Shown: positions 8,975-18,041 of the stretch, in pieces
How positions within the stretch are numbered: position 1 is the first letter of the stretch
How the letters are laid out: each line of letters begins with the position of its first letter
Source of the DNA: a virus
Lineage: Duplodnaviria; Heunggongvirae; Uroviricota; Caudoviricetes
IMG/VR virus record: IMGVR_UViG_3300029923_000009
Length of the DNA: 64,000 nt
Reading direction: 5' to 3' (one strand)
Made by a program: the position numbers and the translations under genes
Notes under the pieces: model-generated
Databases searched by the model: none
What the model was told of the DNA's origin: nothing
What the model saw: the letters and a program-made list of their open reading frames with translations, nothing else

Positions 8975-10642
8975 ATGACAAAATTAATTCAAAATCCTCT
9001 TCTAATGGAAGATGGATACAAGACTTCTCATGTAAAAATGTACACCGAAGGTACCAGTTTAGTATATTCTAACTATACTACCAGAAATGTAGCCAGAATG
9101 CCAGATCAGGCAAAGAAAATAGTTGTATTCGGTATTCAATATACGATCCAATATATTAAAGACTTATATGACAACAATTTTTTTGGACAACCAAAAGAAA
9201 AAGTAATTGGTGAGGCTAAAGAATTTTTATCACAATATCTTAGTACTGATTTTGATGTTACACATTTTGAAAAATTATATGATTTAGGCTATTTACCAAT
9301 CAGGGTTAAAGCTTTACCAGAAGGTACTATAATTGGAGAAAATATCCCAATGCTAACAATATGTAATACTCACCCTGATTTCTTTTGGCTAACTAATTTT
9401 CTTGAGACCTTAGTTTCTAGTTTAATTTGGAAAACTATACACTCTGCATCTATGGCTTATGCTTATAAACAAATTTTACTAAAAAATGCTGAAGAAACTG
9501 ATAAAGAAAATTTATTTGGAGTAAACTTTCAAGCCCACGATTTCAGTTTTCGCGGAATGCAACATCCTGAAGCTGCAATTAGTTCAAGTATGGGATTTTT
9601 AACCTCATTTTGGGGAACTGATACTATTCCAGCATTACAATCGGTAGCTTATTATTATGGTGATAGGAATATTGGATTCAGTATACCAGCCTCTGAACAT
9701 AGCTGTATGACATCCTATGGAAAAGAAAATGAGATAGATGGGTTTAAAAGGCTTATCAAAATATTCCCAACTGGATTATTATCTGTAGTATCAGACCAAT
9801 ATGATCTTTGGCAAGTTGTGACAAAATTTTTACCAGAATTAAAAGAATCAATTCTTGCTCGTGATGGTAAGTTAATTATCCGCCCTGATTCGGGGAATCC
9901 AGTGGATATTATCTGTGGAAACGCATACCAAGTAGATTTTAAATCATCTGATTTAGTTATTGATTCAGAAGCACATAAAGAAGTTTACACTTTAATGAAT
10001 ATTCATGAGAATAAAGATGGGGCTAAATTTATTGTTACATCTGATAAAGTGTATTTTGAACTTACACCAAAAGGATTTGGATATCTTGATTGTACATGGA
10101 ACCAAATAGAACCAATATCTGAGAATAAAGGGTTAGTTGAATTACTTTGGGATATATTTGGAGGTAATATAAATGATCAAGGTTTTAAAGTTCTTTCAAA
10201 ATTTATCGGGTGCGTTTACGGAGATGCCATTACACTGGACAGGGCAGAACAAATATGTAAGAGACTAAAAGAAAAAGGCTTTGCGACTACTAATATAACG
10301 CTTGGAACTGGATCATTTTCAATGGGTTACTGTACACGCGATAATCAAGGAGGGGCTGTAAAATCCACATTTATCGAAATCGAAAAAATAAATGATTTAA
10401 CAAATGAGATTGAAACAATTGGAGTTAATATATTTAAAGATCCAGTTACAGACCGTGGGCTAAAAAAGTCAGCTAAAGGTTTACTTCAAGTTTATAAAGA
10501 TTCTGATGGGTCATATAAGTTGAAAAATGAATGTACGTGGGAAGAGGAAGGACAAGGCGAATTAAAACTCATCTTTGAAAATGGAGAGTTTATCTCAAGG
10601 ACAACTTTAACAGAAATTCGGGAAAAGATAAATAAAGCGTAA
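8975..10642 (+). CDS. Nicotinamide phosphoribosyltransferase family protein (probable NARP1 Namat)
   Basis: DGYKTSH, HDFSFRG, PASEHS, SVVSDQYD, IRPDSGNP, YGDAIT, KKSAKG Nampt motifs. Confidence 0.92.
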   Translation: MTKLIQNPLLMEDGYKTSHVKMYTEGTSLVYSNYTTRNVARMPDQAKKIVVFGIQYTIQYIKDLYDNNFFGQPKEKVIGEAKEFLSQYLSTDFDVTHFEKLYDLGYLPIRVKALPEGTIIGENIPMLTICNTHPDFFWLTNFLETLVSSLIWKTIHSASMAYAYKQILLKNAEETDKENLFGVNFQAHDFSFRGMQHPEAAISSSMGFLTSFWGTDTIPALQSVAYYYGDRNIGFSIPASEHSCMTSYGKENEIDGFKRLIKIFPTGLLSVVSDQYDLWQVVTKFLPELKESILARDGKLIIRPDSGNPVDIICGNAYQVDFKSSDLVIDSEAHKEVYTLMNIHENKDGAKFIVTSDKVYFELTPKGFGYLDCTWNQIEPISENKGLVELLWDIFGGNINDQGFKVLSKFIGCVYGDAITLDRAEQICKRLKEKGFATTNITLGTGSFSMGYCTRDNQGGAVKSTFIEIEKINDLTNEIETIGVNIFKDPVTDRGLKKSAKGLLQVYKDSDGSYKLKNECTWEEEGQGELKLIFENGEFISRTTLTEIREKINKA

Positions 10643-10662
10643 CTATAAATAAAAATAATGGG

Positions 10663-10695
10663 AGAGTTTATCTTAACTGGTAAACTCTTTTTTTT
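10663..10695 (+). terminator. Rho-independent terminator after the Nampt-like gene
   Basis: AGAGTTTA / TAAACTCT stem followed by a long T run. Confidence 0.8.
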
Positions 10696-10740
10696 ATTAA
10701 AATAATTCAGGAAAATATGATATTTTATTAATATTTTATG

Positions 10741-10748
10741 TATTTATA
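10741..10748 (+). promoter_or_regulatory. Putative phage late promoter TATTTATA
   Basis: Same octamer also at 12477, 27082, 29414, 39358 (+) and 16244, 46797, 47531, 48062 (-), each shortly before an ORF start. Confidence 0.55.
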
Positions 10749-10777
10749 TTAAAATAATCGTACCAACAAAAACAAAT

Positions 10778-10927
10778 ATGGATAAACAATTAAAAAACAC
10801 ACACTTCGTGATCAGAACAAGTGTTGACTTTAAAGAGAAGTATAAAAACTTTTGTGATGATAATGGGTATACATTATCTAAGAGAATAATAAGTTTGATG
10901 AAAAACGATTTAAATGCCCAGAAGTAA
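10778..10927 (+). CDS. Unannotated 49-aa ribbon-helix-helix-like protein
   Basis: MDKQLKNTHFVIRTSVDFKEKYKNFCDDNGYTLSKRIISLMKNDLNAQK; beta-strand FVIRT then two helices split by G-x-T-L-S; overlaps next ATG. Confidence 0.7.
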   Translation: MDKQLKNTHFVIRTSVDFKEKYKNFCDDNGYTLSKRIISLMKNDLNAQK

Positions 10928-12389
10928 TAATATAGAAATTAGAAAAGCAACGTTTATTAAGAATGCAAATTTAAAATATGATAATAAATTTGACTATTCT
11001 TTGGTTAATTTTAAAACAGCTAAAATTCCAGTAGATATTATCTGTCCAGATCATGGAATTTTTACCCAAACGCCAACTCATCATTTAAGATATATCTTTG
11101 GATGCCCAAAATGTGCTATTGATGATAAAAATAAAAAATCAAGAATTATTGAAAAAGATATTTTTATTAATAATGCAAATTTAAAACATAATAATAAGTT
11201 TGACTATTCCTTGGTTGACTATCAACACTACAAAACAAAAGTAAAAATTATATGTCCAGAACATGGAGTATTTGAGCAATCACCAACAAATCATTTAAAC
11301 GCCGAGTATCCGTGTCCATCGTGTTATGCTTTTTCATTTAAAGAAATTCATAAAGAAACAGATCATAAAAATGAAACAGAAAAACAAAAATTTATAGAAA
11401 ATGCAGTTAAAAAACATGGTAATAAATTTGATTATTCTTTAGTAGAATATATATCAGCAAAAATACATGTTGATATAATTTGCCCAGAACACGGAGTATT
11501 TTCACAATCACCAGATAAACATTTAAATAGTAAATATGGTTGTATGGAATGCTGGAGTGAAAATAGATCTTCAGCTTATAAATCGATCAAAAATAGAAAA
11601 CCTAAACCACCTGTAAGCTTTGATGATTTAAAAAAAAGGGTTTTTGATAAACATGGGGATAGATTAACATTAAAGTTAATAGGAGAATGGCATGGACTTA
11701 CTAAAACCAATATTTTGGCTTATTGTCCAGAACATGGTAATTTTGAGACTATTGCCAGAAATTTAATTTTATTAAATAATACCTGTGGATGCCCCAAATG
11801 CGGTAAGGAAAGTTCGGCAAAAAATAGAACAAAATCTTATGCTAATGCTATAGAACAAATTAAAATCGTACATGGGGATAAATATACATATCCAATAGAA
11901 AACGAAAAAATTTATAAAAATAAAAAAAGTAAAATTAAAATATGTTGTCCTGAGCACGGGATATTTACAAAATCAGCTCAAAAACATTTATCGGGACAAG
12001 GGTGTATTGAATGTGGAATTGAACAATTGATTAAAGATAATAAATTAGTTGGGGGTTATAACTCAACAATATTTATTGAAAATCCCAAAATTGGGGAAAA
12101 ACCTGCTATATTGTATTATTTAAAAATTAATGATGGTAAATATTATAAAATTGGAATAACATCAAGAAAATTAAATATAAGAATGGGAGCATTAAAATCA
12201 AAATCAAATGGGGAAATAAATAAAATTGAAGCTATTTGGGTATATAATGATACGTTATTGAATTGTTATAATAAAGAACAATTTATATTAGTTGAGAATT
12301 CTGAATATAGAATGGGTAGACGTTGGAGCACTGAATTATTTTCTAAGGATATATTACCAATTAACCCATATGAATCAATAATAACATAA
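10914..12389 (+). CDS. Free-standing homing-endonuclease-like protein: five DUF723-like Zn repeats plus C-terminal GIY-YIG-like domain
   Basis: Five units like K(F/Y)DYS..IICPEHG.F.Q.P..HL..GCxxC; tail LYYLKI...YYKIGITSR. Confidence 0.75.
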   Translation: MPRSNNIEIRKATFIKNANLKYDNKFDYSLVNFKTAKIPVDIICPDHGIFTQTPTHHLRYIFGCPKCAIDDKNKKSRIIEKDIFINNANLKHNNKFDYSLVDYQHYKTKVKIICPEHGVFEQSPTNHLNAEYPCPSCYAFSFKEIHKETDHKNETEKQKFIENAVKKHGNKFDYSLVEYISAKIHVDIICPEHGVFSQSPDKHLNSKYGCMECWSENRSSAYKSIKNRKPKPPVSFDDLKKRVFDKHGDRLTLKLIGEWHGLTKTNILAYCPEHGNFETIARNLILLNNTCGCPKCGKESSAKNRTKSYANAIEQIKIVHGDKYTYPIENEKIYKNKKSKIKICCPEHGIFTKSAQKHLSGQGCIECGIEQLIKDNKLVGGYNSTIFIENPKIGEKPAILYYLKINDGKYYKIGITSRKLNIRMGALKSKSNGEINKIEAIWVYNDTLLNCYNKEQFILVENSEYRMGRRWSTELFSKDILPINPYESIIT

Positions 12390-12506
12390 CATAAGTTAAT
12401 TTATTTGTCGAAATTAAAAATTTCCACTACATTTGCAAAAGATACCCTAAAAAGGTATCTTTTTCTATTTCATGACTATTTATATAAACATATACCAATC
12501 ATTATT

Positions 12507-13604
12507 ATGACAAAAGAAGAAATAGTTGACTACTTATATTCGATTTTTAATTCAAAGAAGAATGGAGTTCACCAGGTCTATATTGAAAAAATGATTTCAA
12601 AGGCTATATCGCTCATTGCGGAGTTAAATGACGTAGATGATAAGGATGTATTAAAAAGTCTCAAAATAGGGCAGCAAATAGAGCGTGAGCATACGTTAGA
12701 GGACACTCAGTTCCAGAAAATAATTGCATTACAACATTTAATAGAAAACTTGGATTATTATACAGCTTCGAAACCAAAAAATTGGGCGCAAAAGGAACTT
12801 GATGGTGAAAAATCGGAGGGTTTAACTGAAATGAAAGAAAATTTTAATAAATTTAGTGGGTTGTTAACTATAAATGAATCTCGGTTCGAATCGGATAACG
12901 AGGAAGCACAACAGTATATTGATATTATTTCAATAGATCCAAATAATGAAAGATATGGAAAATATAAACAAGTATTAAAAGATAAATTTGGTATAGATTA
13001 CGATTCGGTTGATTTGGACCAGTCATTTATAGATAATGCAAGTTTAGAAAATATTAAAGAGAAGAATGATTTTATGAGCTTTGATAATTATGTTAAATAT
13101 GCCTATAGAATATTCCAATTAAGAGAATTTCCAGCTATGAAACTTTCTGGTAAAATTGCAAGTGTTGAGGATGTTGAATACCTATCAAAAATTTTTGATT
13201 TTAAAGTTGAGAGAAGGGAATATGATGGCGGCCCAGGTAATTTTGCTGATTACGTTGCTGGCATTATAACAGTACCTAATATAATCGATCTTGATACATT
13301 AATACATGAGATTGGCCACCATTTTGATCACAGAATCTCAGGTGAATACGAGGGTTATGCAAAAACAATCACTTACGCCAGTAGCTCCTATTATATTGGT
13401 AAACATAGTGAGGTGTTTGCCGAAAATTTTATGCATTATTTCGCAGTCCCAAGTATATTGAAGGAATATTTACCAATGGTATACTCCGAACTTGATAATA
13501 GGATTTCATCTAATTACAAAGATGTCCTAAATAAATTGATTTTTGGGACGAATGACCAAATGACTGAAATTAAGAAACAATTTAAAAATAAACTAATAAG
13601 ATGA
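12507..13604 (+). CDS. Two-domain protein: DUF5661-like N-terminus plus zincin-like HExxH domain
   Basis: Re-started at ATG 12507 behind TATTTATA; GQQIEREH...IALQHLIENLDYY; LIHEIGHHFD...EVFAENF. Confidence 0.6.
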   Translation: MTKEEIVDYLYSIFNSKKNGVHQVYIEKMISKAISLIAELNDVDDKDVLKSLKIGQQIEREHTLEDTQFQKIIALQHLIENLDYYTASKPKNWAQKELDGEKSEGLTEMKENFNKFSGLLTINESRFESDNEEAQQYIDIISIDPNNERYGKYKQVLKDKFGIDYDSVDLDQSFIDNASLENIKEKNDFMSFDNYVKYAYRIFQLREFPAMKLSGKIASVEDVEYLSKIFDFKVERREYDGGPGNFADYVAGIITVPNIIDLDTLIHEIGHHFDHRISGEYEGYAKTITYASSSYYIGKHSEVFAENFMHYFAVPSILKEYLPMVYSELDNRISSNYKDVLNKLIFGTNDQMTEIKKQFKNKLIR

Positions 13605-15025
13605 GTATTAAAAAAGTTTTAACCGAAGGAACACTTGAACAAGAAGTCTTGGATTTCCTAAAAAATCTTATAGCTGGAACCGAATACGATAATAATATCT
13701 ATTTGGCGGGCGGGGCAGTGAGAGATGAGTTGATGGGAAAGGCAGCTAAAGATCTTGACTTTGTAGTTAACGGAGATATCAATGCTGGTATTAACTTTTC
13801 ATTTTGGCTTGCTAACAAGTTGGGCAATTATAAAGAGGACTCAAATCCTGTTATTTATCCACGTTTTGGAACTTCAAAATTATCTTTAAATAACAATGTA
13901 TTCAATTTACCAAATATTGATTTAGAATTTGTTGCTCCAAGGGCTGAAGCATATAATAATATTAACTCAAGAAAACCAGATGTGGTAGGTGGTGATTTAA
14001 AGGTGGATGTTTCTCGTCGTGATCTGACAATCAACTCTTTACTAAAAAATGTTTCAACAAATGAAATACTTGATTTAACTGGTTATGGTATCGATGATAT
14101 TAAAAATGGTATCATCCGAACAACATCAAATGCAGATGAAATATTTAAACAGGATGGGTTAAGAATGCTTCGCGCAGTTCGGTTTACAGTTAAATATAAT
14201 TTCAAGTTGGATTTAGATACTATTCGTGTAATGAGAAACAATGCATATTTGTTAAATAATATTTCAAATGAACGTATTTCTGACGAATTAAATAAAATAT
14301 TATTATTTGATAATCCAGCTAAAGGTATTCGGTTATTGAAAGTTACTGGGCTATTACCTTATATTGTTGAAGAGTTAATCCCTACTATTGGGATGAAACA
14401 AAATAAATATCATATTAATGATGTATTCGGACATACTATGTCTGTACTGGATAATACTCCTCCTGTTTTGGAAACAAGGTTAATGGCTTTATTTCATGAT
14501 ATTGGTAAGGTTATTACTAAAACGATAGACGAAAATGGTGAAGTTCATTTCTTGGGGCATGAGAAAGAAAGTGAAGTATTAGTGCGATCTATAATGAGTC
14601 GTTTAAAATATTCTAATGATATAATCGATATAGTTGCTTGCGGAGTTAAAAATCATATGTATTTAAAACAAGGCGGTGATGACGGAAATAAATTATTAGA
14701 TAAAACATTACGAAAGTTTAAAGCTACTGTTGGTGATAATATCGAACAGGTTTTGGACTTGATTCACGCCGATAATATATCGCATACAGCTGAAGCATCA
14801 ATGCCTAATCAAATAGGTATTCTTAGAGAGAGAATTGATAATTTATCTTCTAAAATAAATAATTCAAATAGAAACTTACCAATTAATGGGAGTGACCTAA
14901 TTGGATTAGGTGTTAAGCCATCACCTTTTATGGGTGAACTATTAGATGTTATTCAAGATGCCTGGTATGAAAATCCAGATTTAACAAAAGATGAAGCATT
15001 GGAATTAATAAATAAATACCTATAA
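13601..15025 (+). CDS. cca: Class II CCA-adding tRNA nucleotidyltransferase with HD domain
   Basis: AGGAVRDELMG-KDLDF, DVSRRDLTINSL, RMLRAVRF, ERISDELNK, FHDIGK. Confidence 0.9.
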   Translation: MSIKKVLTEGTLEQEVLDFLKNLIAGTEYDNNIYLAGGAVRDELMGKAAKDLDFVVNGDINAGINFSFWLANKLGNYKEDSNPVIYPRFGTSKLSLNNNVFNLPNIDLEFVAPRAEAYNNINSRKPDVVGGDLKVDVSRRDLTINSLLKNVSTNEILDLTGYGIDDIKNGIIRTTSNADEIFKQDGLRMLRAVRFTVKYNFKLDLDTIRVMRNNAYLLNNISNERISDELNKILLFDNPAKGIRLLKVTGLLPYIVEELIPTIGMKQNKYHINDVFGHTMSVLDNTPPVLETRLMALFHDIGKVITKTIDENGEVHFLGHEKESEVLVRSIMSRLKYSNDIIDIVACGVKNHMYLKQGGDDGNKLLDKTLRKFKATVGDNIEQVLDLIHADNISHTAEASMPNQIGILRERIDNLSSKINNSNRNLPINGSDLIGLGVKPSPFMGELLDVIQDAWYENPDLTKDEALELINKYL

Positions 15026-15035
15026 TATCATAGTT

Positions 15036-15143
15036 TTTGCACCATTATCACAGCATATGATAACAATGCAAATATGTTGATAATAACATTGGTTTAACCC
15101 AACATTAACACCAAAAATCATATTTAACGTTGGGTTTTACCAA
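15036..15143. other. Intergenic cluster of three hairpins (candidate structured RNA)
   Basis: TTTGCA/TGCAAA enclosing TTATCA/TGATAA; ATGTT/AACAT; TTGGT..AACCCAAC/GTTGGGTT..ACCAA. Confidence 0.4.
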
Positions 15144-15158
15144 CAATAATAAAAAAAT

Positions 15159-15199
15159 AAATGGCTACCGAAAATTTTATATTTCAGTAGCCATTTTTT
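15159..15199. terminator. Bidirectional terminator at the main strand switch
   Basis: AAATGGCTAC / GTAGCCATTT stem flanked by A and T runs, between convergent genes. Confidence 0.8.
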
Positions 15200-15238
15200 A
15201 ATTTATTTAAACCTTGTAATTGATAATATATATTTTAT

Positions 15239-16111
15239 TTATTTTTTAGATCCACAGGATGGACAAAAGCGTTCTTTTGTTTTAAAGCGTCGACCACACC
15301 CAGAACAAAAAAGAACCAAATCTTCGGCTACCACCAATTTCCTTGATTCTGGTAATAGTTTCCACTCACTACTCCAAGTATGAAACATCTCAAATTTGGT
15401 ATCGACAGTGTTAAATCTCTGGTCAGAATCAGAACCTTCTCCAACCCTCCCAGTTTCAATTGATTTTTTAGAATGTAATGAATTGGTTGATTGGCCACCC
15501 GTTGATGAATTAAAAATTAAATTACCTGATACGGTTAACGTACCGTTAGGTTCTTGACATCCCATTTCCACATTATATCCTGTTGAATTATAATAACAAC
15601 TGGCACTTGTTGTTATCGCACTGCCAAATAAAGGATTAAAATTTGTCAATTTTGAGCCATCAAGCCAAGTAATATTATCTTCTATGTGCGGACCACCATA
15701 TATTATTCTTTCTGGAATTTCGAAAGAACCCCAAGAAATATTTGGTGCGAAAATAGATTCTTTATAGAATTTAACCCTTACCAATCCATTCTTTTCTATT
15801 GCTTTAATAACTTCGTTGTTTTCACCTTCTACCCCATAGGTTTCAAATAAAAACTTTTTAGGTTCATTTATATACCTTTCAAGAAAAACTCGCTCTGCTG
15901 GCCTTAAAATGATTCCAGAGCCTATTGAAACCCCATTTAGTTCAATCGTGGCGAGAACTTTGAATTGTGTTGGATTAAACAACTCAATTTCGAAATTGTT
16001 TTTATTCTTCAGGTAAACAACATTATTAACATATTGTTTAATCCGCTGCTTATTTGCTGCAATATATGCGACTGGACAAGCATTACCCATTGTTTTGGAA
16101 TTTGTAATCAT
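15239..16111 (-). CDS. Phage protein with C-terminal Zn ribbon
   Basis: 290 aa; C-terminal CSGC...CPSC; TATTTATA about 130 nt upstream. Confidence 0.75.
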   Translation of the reverse strand: MITNSKTMGNACPVAYIAANKQRIKQYVNNVVYLKNKNNFEIELFNPTQFKVLATIELNGVSIGSGIILRPAERVFLERYINEPKKFLFETYGVEGENNEVIKAIEKNGLVRVKFYKESIFAPNISWGSFEIPERIIYGGPHIEDNITWLDGSKLTNFNPLFGSAITTSASCYYNSTGYNVEMGCQEPNGTLTVSGNLIFNSSTGGQSTNSLHSKKSIETGRVGEGSDSDQRFNTVDTKFEMFHTWSSEWKLLPESRKLVVAEDLVLFCSGCGRRFKTKERFCPSCGSKK

Positions 16112-16268
16112 TTTCCTTATTATTTTTATTTATTATTTTATTTGAAAAACTAATTGTTGGATTATCACCCCAACTTAACGCACCAAAATTAATATTTTAT
16201 ACGTTAGCTTTTCAATCACAAGGTTTCAATTTTATTATTCTATTATAAATAGCGAAAATTTTTATTTT

Positions 16269-16628
16269 TTACATATAAATATAGTAATCATATACTATTA
16301 ACATCGGTTTATCTAAAGAAAATTTATGAGCATTATTAAAATATGCATTATTAAAAACTATTTTATTCTTATTTTCAGTCTCATAATCTTCTAATTGAAC
16401 ATTTTTAGCAACGTCTCGTTTGTATGGAACTCCTTCCTTTCGTTTGCTGAATATATATCCTGGCCAGTAACTATTAATCCATCCACTTATCTCATTAAAA
16501 CATGTTTTGTCATTACATGGTTTAATAAATGTTAAAAATATTTCCCCTGGGTTAGCTAATGCTTCTTCATCATCGATTAGTACTATCCATTCCTGTCCTG
16601 GTGGTATTGTTAATTTACATTTTTTCAT
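16269..16628 (-). CDS. Hypothetical protein
   Basis: 119-aa ORF. Confidence 0.65.
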   Translation of the reverse strand: MKKCKLTIPPGQEWIVLIDDEEALANPGEIFLTFIKPCNDKTCFNEISGWINSYWPGYIFSKRKEGVPYKRDVAKNVQLEDYETENKNKIVFNNAYFNNAHKFSLDKPMLIVYDYYIYM

Positions 16629-16693
16629 ATTTAGTTTATATTAGTTTCTGTAACTATATTATTAATATAGTTCTGGTGGTTATATTAAACTAT

Positions 16694-17074
16694 TTAATTA
16701 TTTTTTTTAATTACTGTATTATAATATAATTCTGCTGAACCCCATTCCAGGCAAGCAGCTGTATCAATATAATGTGGTCGATCTATTTTATCTTTTACTA
16801 AATCATATCTTGGTATAAAAAATTCTAAATATTTTTCTAAATTAGGCTCTTTAGAATAATAATGCATATATAATAACTTAAGAGATAATATTACTTCGTA
16901 AAATAAACTAAAATCATTCCGATTTTCACCAATAATTTTATTATACATATTTTCACAATGGATAGCCAAAAATAGACTTTCTGATATTGGTATTCCGTTA
17001 AACCCATAATTAATCTTTCTTCTCCACTTCCTAATTAATTTTTCCTCTTCTTTTGTAAATGGTACTGTTTTCAT
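16694..17074 (-). CDS. Hypothetical protein
   Basis: 126-aa ORF in operon. Confidence 0.7.
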   Translation of the reverse strand: MKTVPFTKEEEKLIRKWRRKINYGFNGIPISESLFLAIHCENMYNKIIGENRNDFSLFYEVILSLKLLYMHYYSKEPNLEKYLEFFIPRYDLVKDKIDRPHYIDTAACLEWGSAELYYNTVIKKNN

Positions 17075-17077
17075 AAT

Positions 17078-17302
17078 TTATTTTAAACCTATTAATGAAG
17101 TATCCGAATGACCACTTTCTAATTTTAATTTTATTACTTTATTATACCACACATCAAATTCTTCAAAAGATTTGACAAGATTCTCAACGTTTAATTTATG
17201 TTCATCAGTCGTATCCTCCAAATATGGGAAAACTTTCATATCTTCCAAAAATGTTTCCCAGCCTAAATCAATTGTTTTATCATAATCATATTTATTTCCC
17301 AT
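17078..17302 (-). CDS. Hypothetical protein
   Basis: 74-aa ORF in operon. Confidence 0.65.
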   Translation of the reverse strand: MGNKYDYDKTIDLGWETFLEDMKVFPYLEDTTDEHKLNVENLVKSFEEFDVWYNKVIKLKLESGHSDTSLIGLK

Positions 17303-17310
17303 ATTTTAAA

Positions 17311-17775
17311 TTAATAACAATTGTTAAATTCCACAATTTGTTCTTCACCCATATCCTCATATACCTCATCATATGCTTTATCGCTAAAATGATGTAGAAA
17401 AGAATGGTTGTATTCGTGTCCATCTGGATATTTACTCATAAAATCAACTATTATTTTTGGATCATCAATTATTTCAATATCGTTTTCATCAAGTGTGTTA
17501 TATACATCCGAATGTTTACCCGCGATTTCACCAAAATAGATGGTTTTCCCTATAATGTATTTTAAAATTGTCTCTATGTTTGATGCTGGTAAAACTATTC
17601 TTTCAATAATACCCTCACTAAAACCTCTCCAACCTCTCCACTCCATTTTTAAAAGTCGTAAATTATCTAACTTAATTTTTTCTAAGTTACATTTTTCGAT
17701 GATTTCACTTAAGCTTATAAAATGTTGGTCATTGATTGTTATGCCGTTAAATTGATATGTGATTTCTTGTTTCAT
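17311..17775 (-). CDS. Hypothetical protein
   Basis: 154-aa ORF in operon. Confidence 0.7.
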   Translation of the reverse strand: MKQEITYQFNGITINDQHFISLSEIIEKCNLEKIKLDNLRLLKMEWRGWRGFSEGIIERIVLPASNIETILKYIIGKTIYFGEIAGKHSDVYNTLDENDIEIIDDPKIIVDFMSKYPDGHEYNHSFLHHFSDKAYDEVYEDMGEEQIVEFNNCY

Positions 17776-17792
17776 AATTAGTATTTTATTTA

Positions 17793-18041
17793 TTAAAATT
17801 TTTTAATAAGTTCTTTTTTATCTAAATATTCAAAATATGTTAATGCAAGTGTAAGTGGCTCCCAGTATAACTCAGTACCTAACTTTTCCCAAATATATTT
17901 AACATATTTAGCATTAATTTCACGGCTTCCAAACCGTTTTAACTCATCTTCAATATATGTTATTTGTGAATCTCTTAATCCGAATGTTACTTTTGAATTA
18001 CCTAGCTTTTCGATAAGTGACTCCATTATTTTATTTTCCAT
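17793..18041 (-). CDS. Hypothetical protein
   Basis: 82-aa ORF in operon. Confidence 0.7.
   Translation of the reverse strand: MENKIMESLIEKLGNSKVTFGLRDSQITYIEDELKRFGSREINAKYVKYIWEKLGTELYWEPLTLALTYFEYLDKKELIKKF

Noticed and set aside
8975-10642. NARP2 or ordinary NadV salvage
   Set aside because: No NMNAT/NadR gene is seen and the partner is PRPS-like, which favours NARP1; not excluded without the rest of the genome.
12405-12506. ORF-track N-terminal extension of the DUF5661-like gene
   Set aside because: It covers the TATTTATA motif and reads poorly; ATG 12507 fits better. Similar over-long starts were trimmed at 5506, 6690, 19295, 37251, 51983 and 54567.
12883-12892. GGTTCGAATC, a tRNA T-loop look-alike
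   Set aside because: Inside a long ORF (RFES) with no acceptor, D or anticodon stems; the same applies to GTTCGAATC at 51972-51980.
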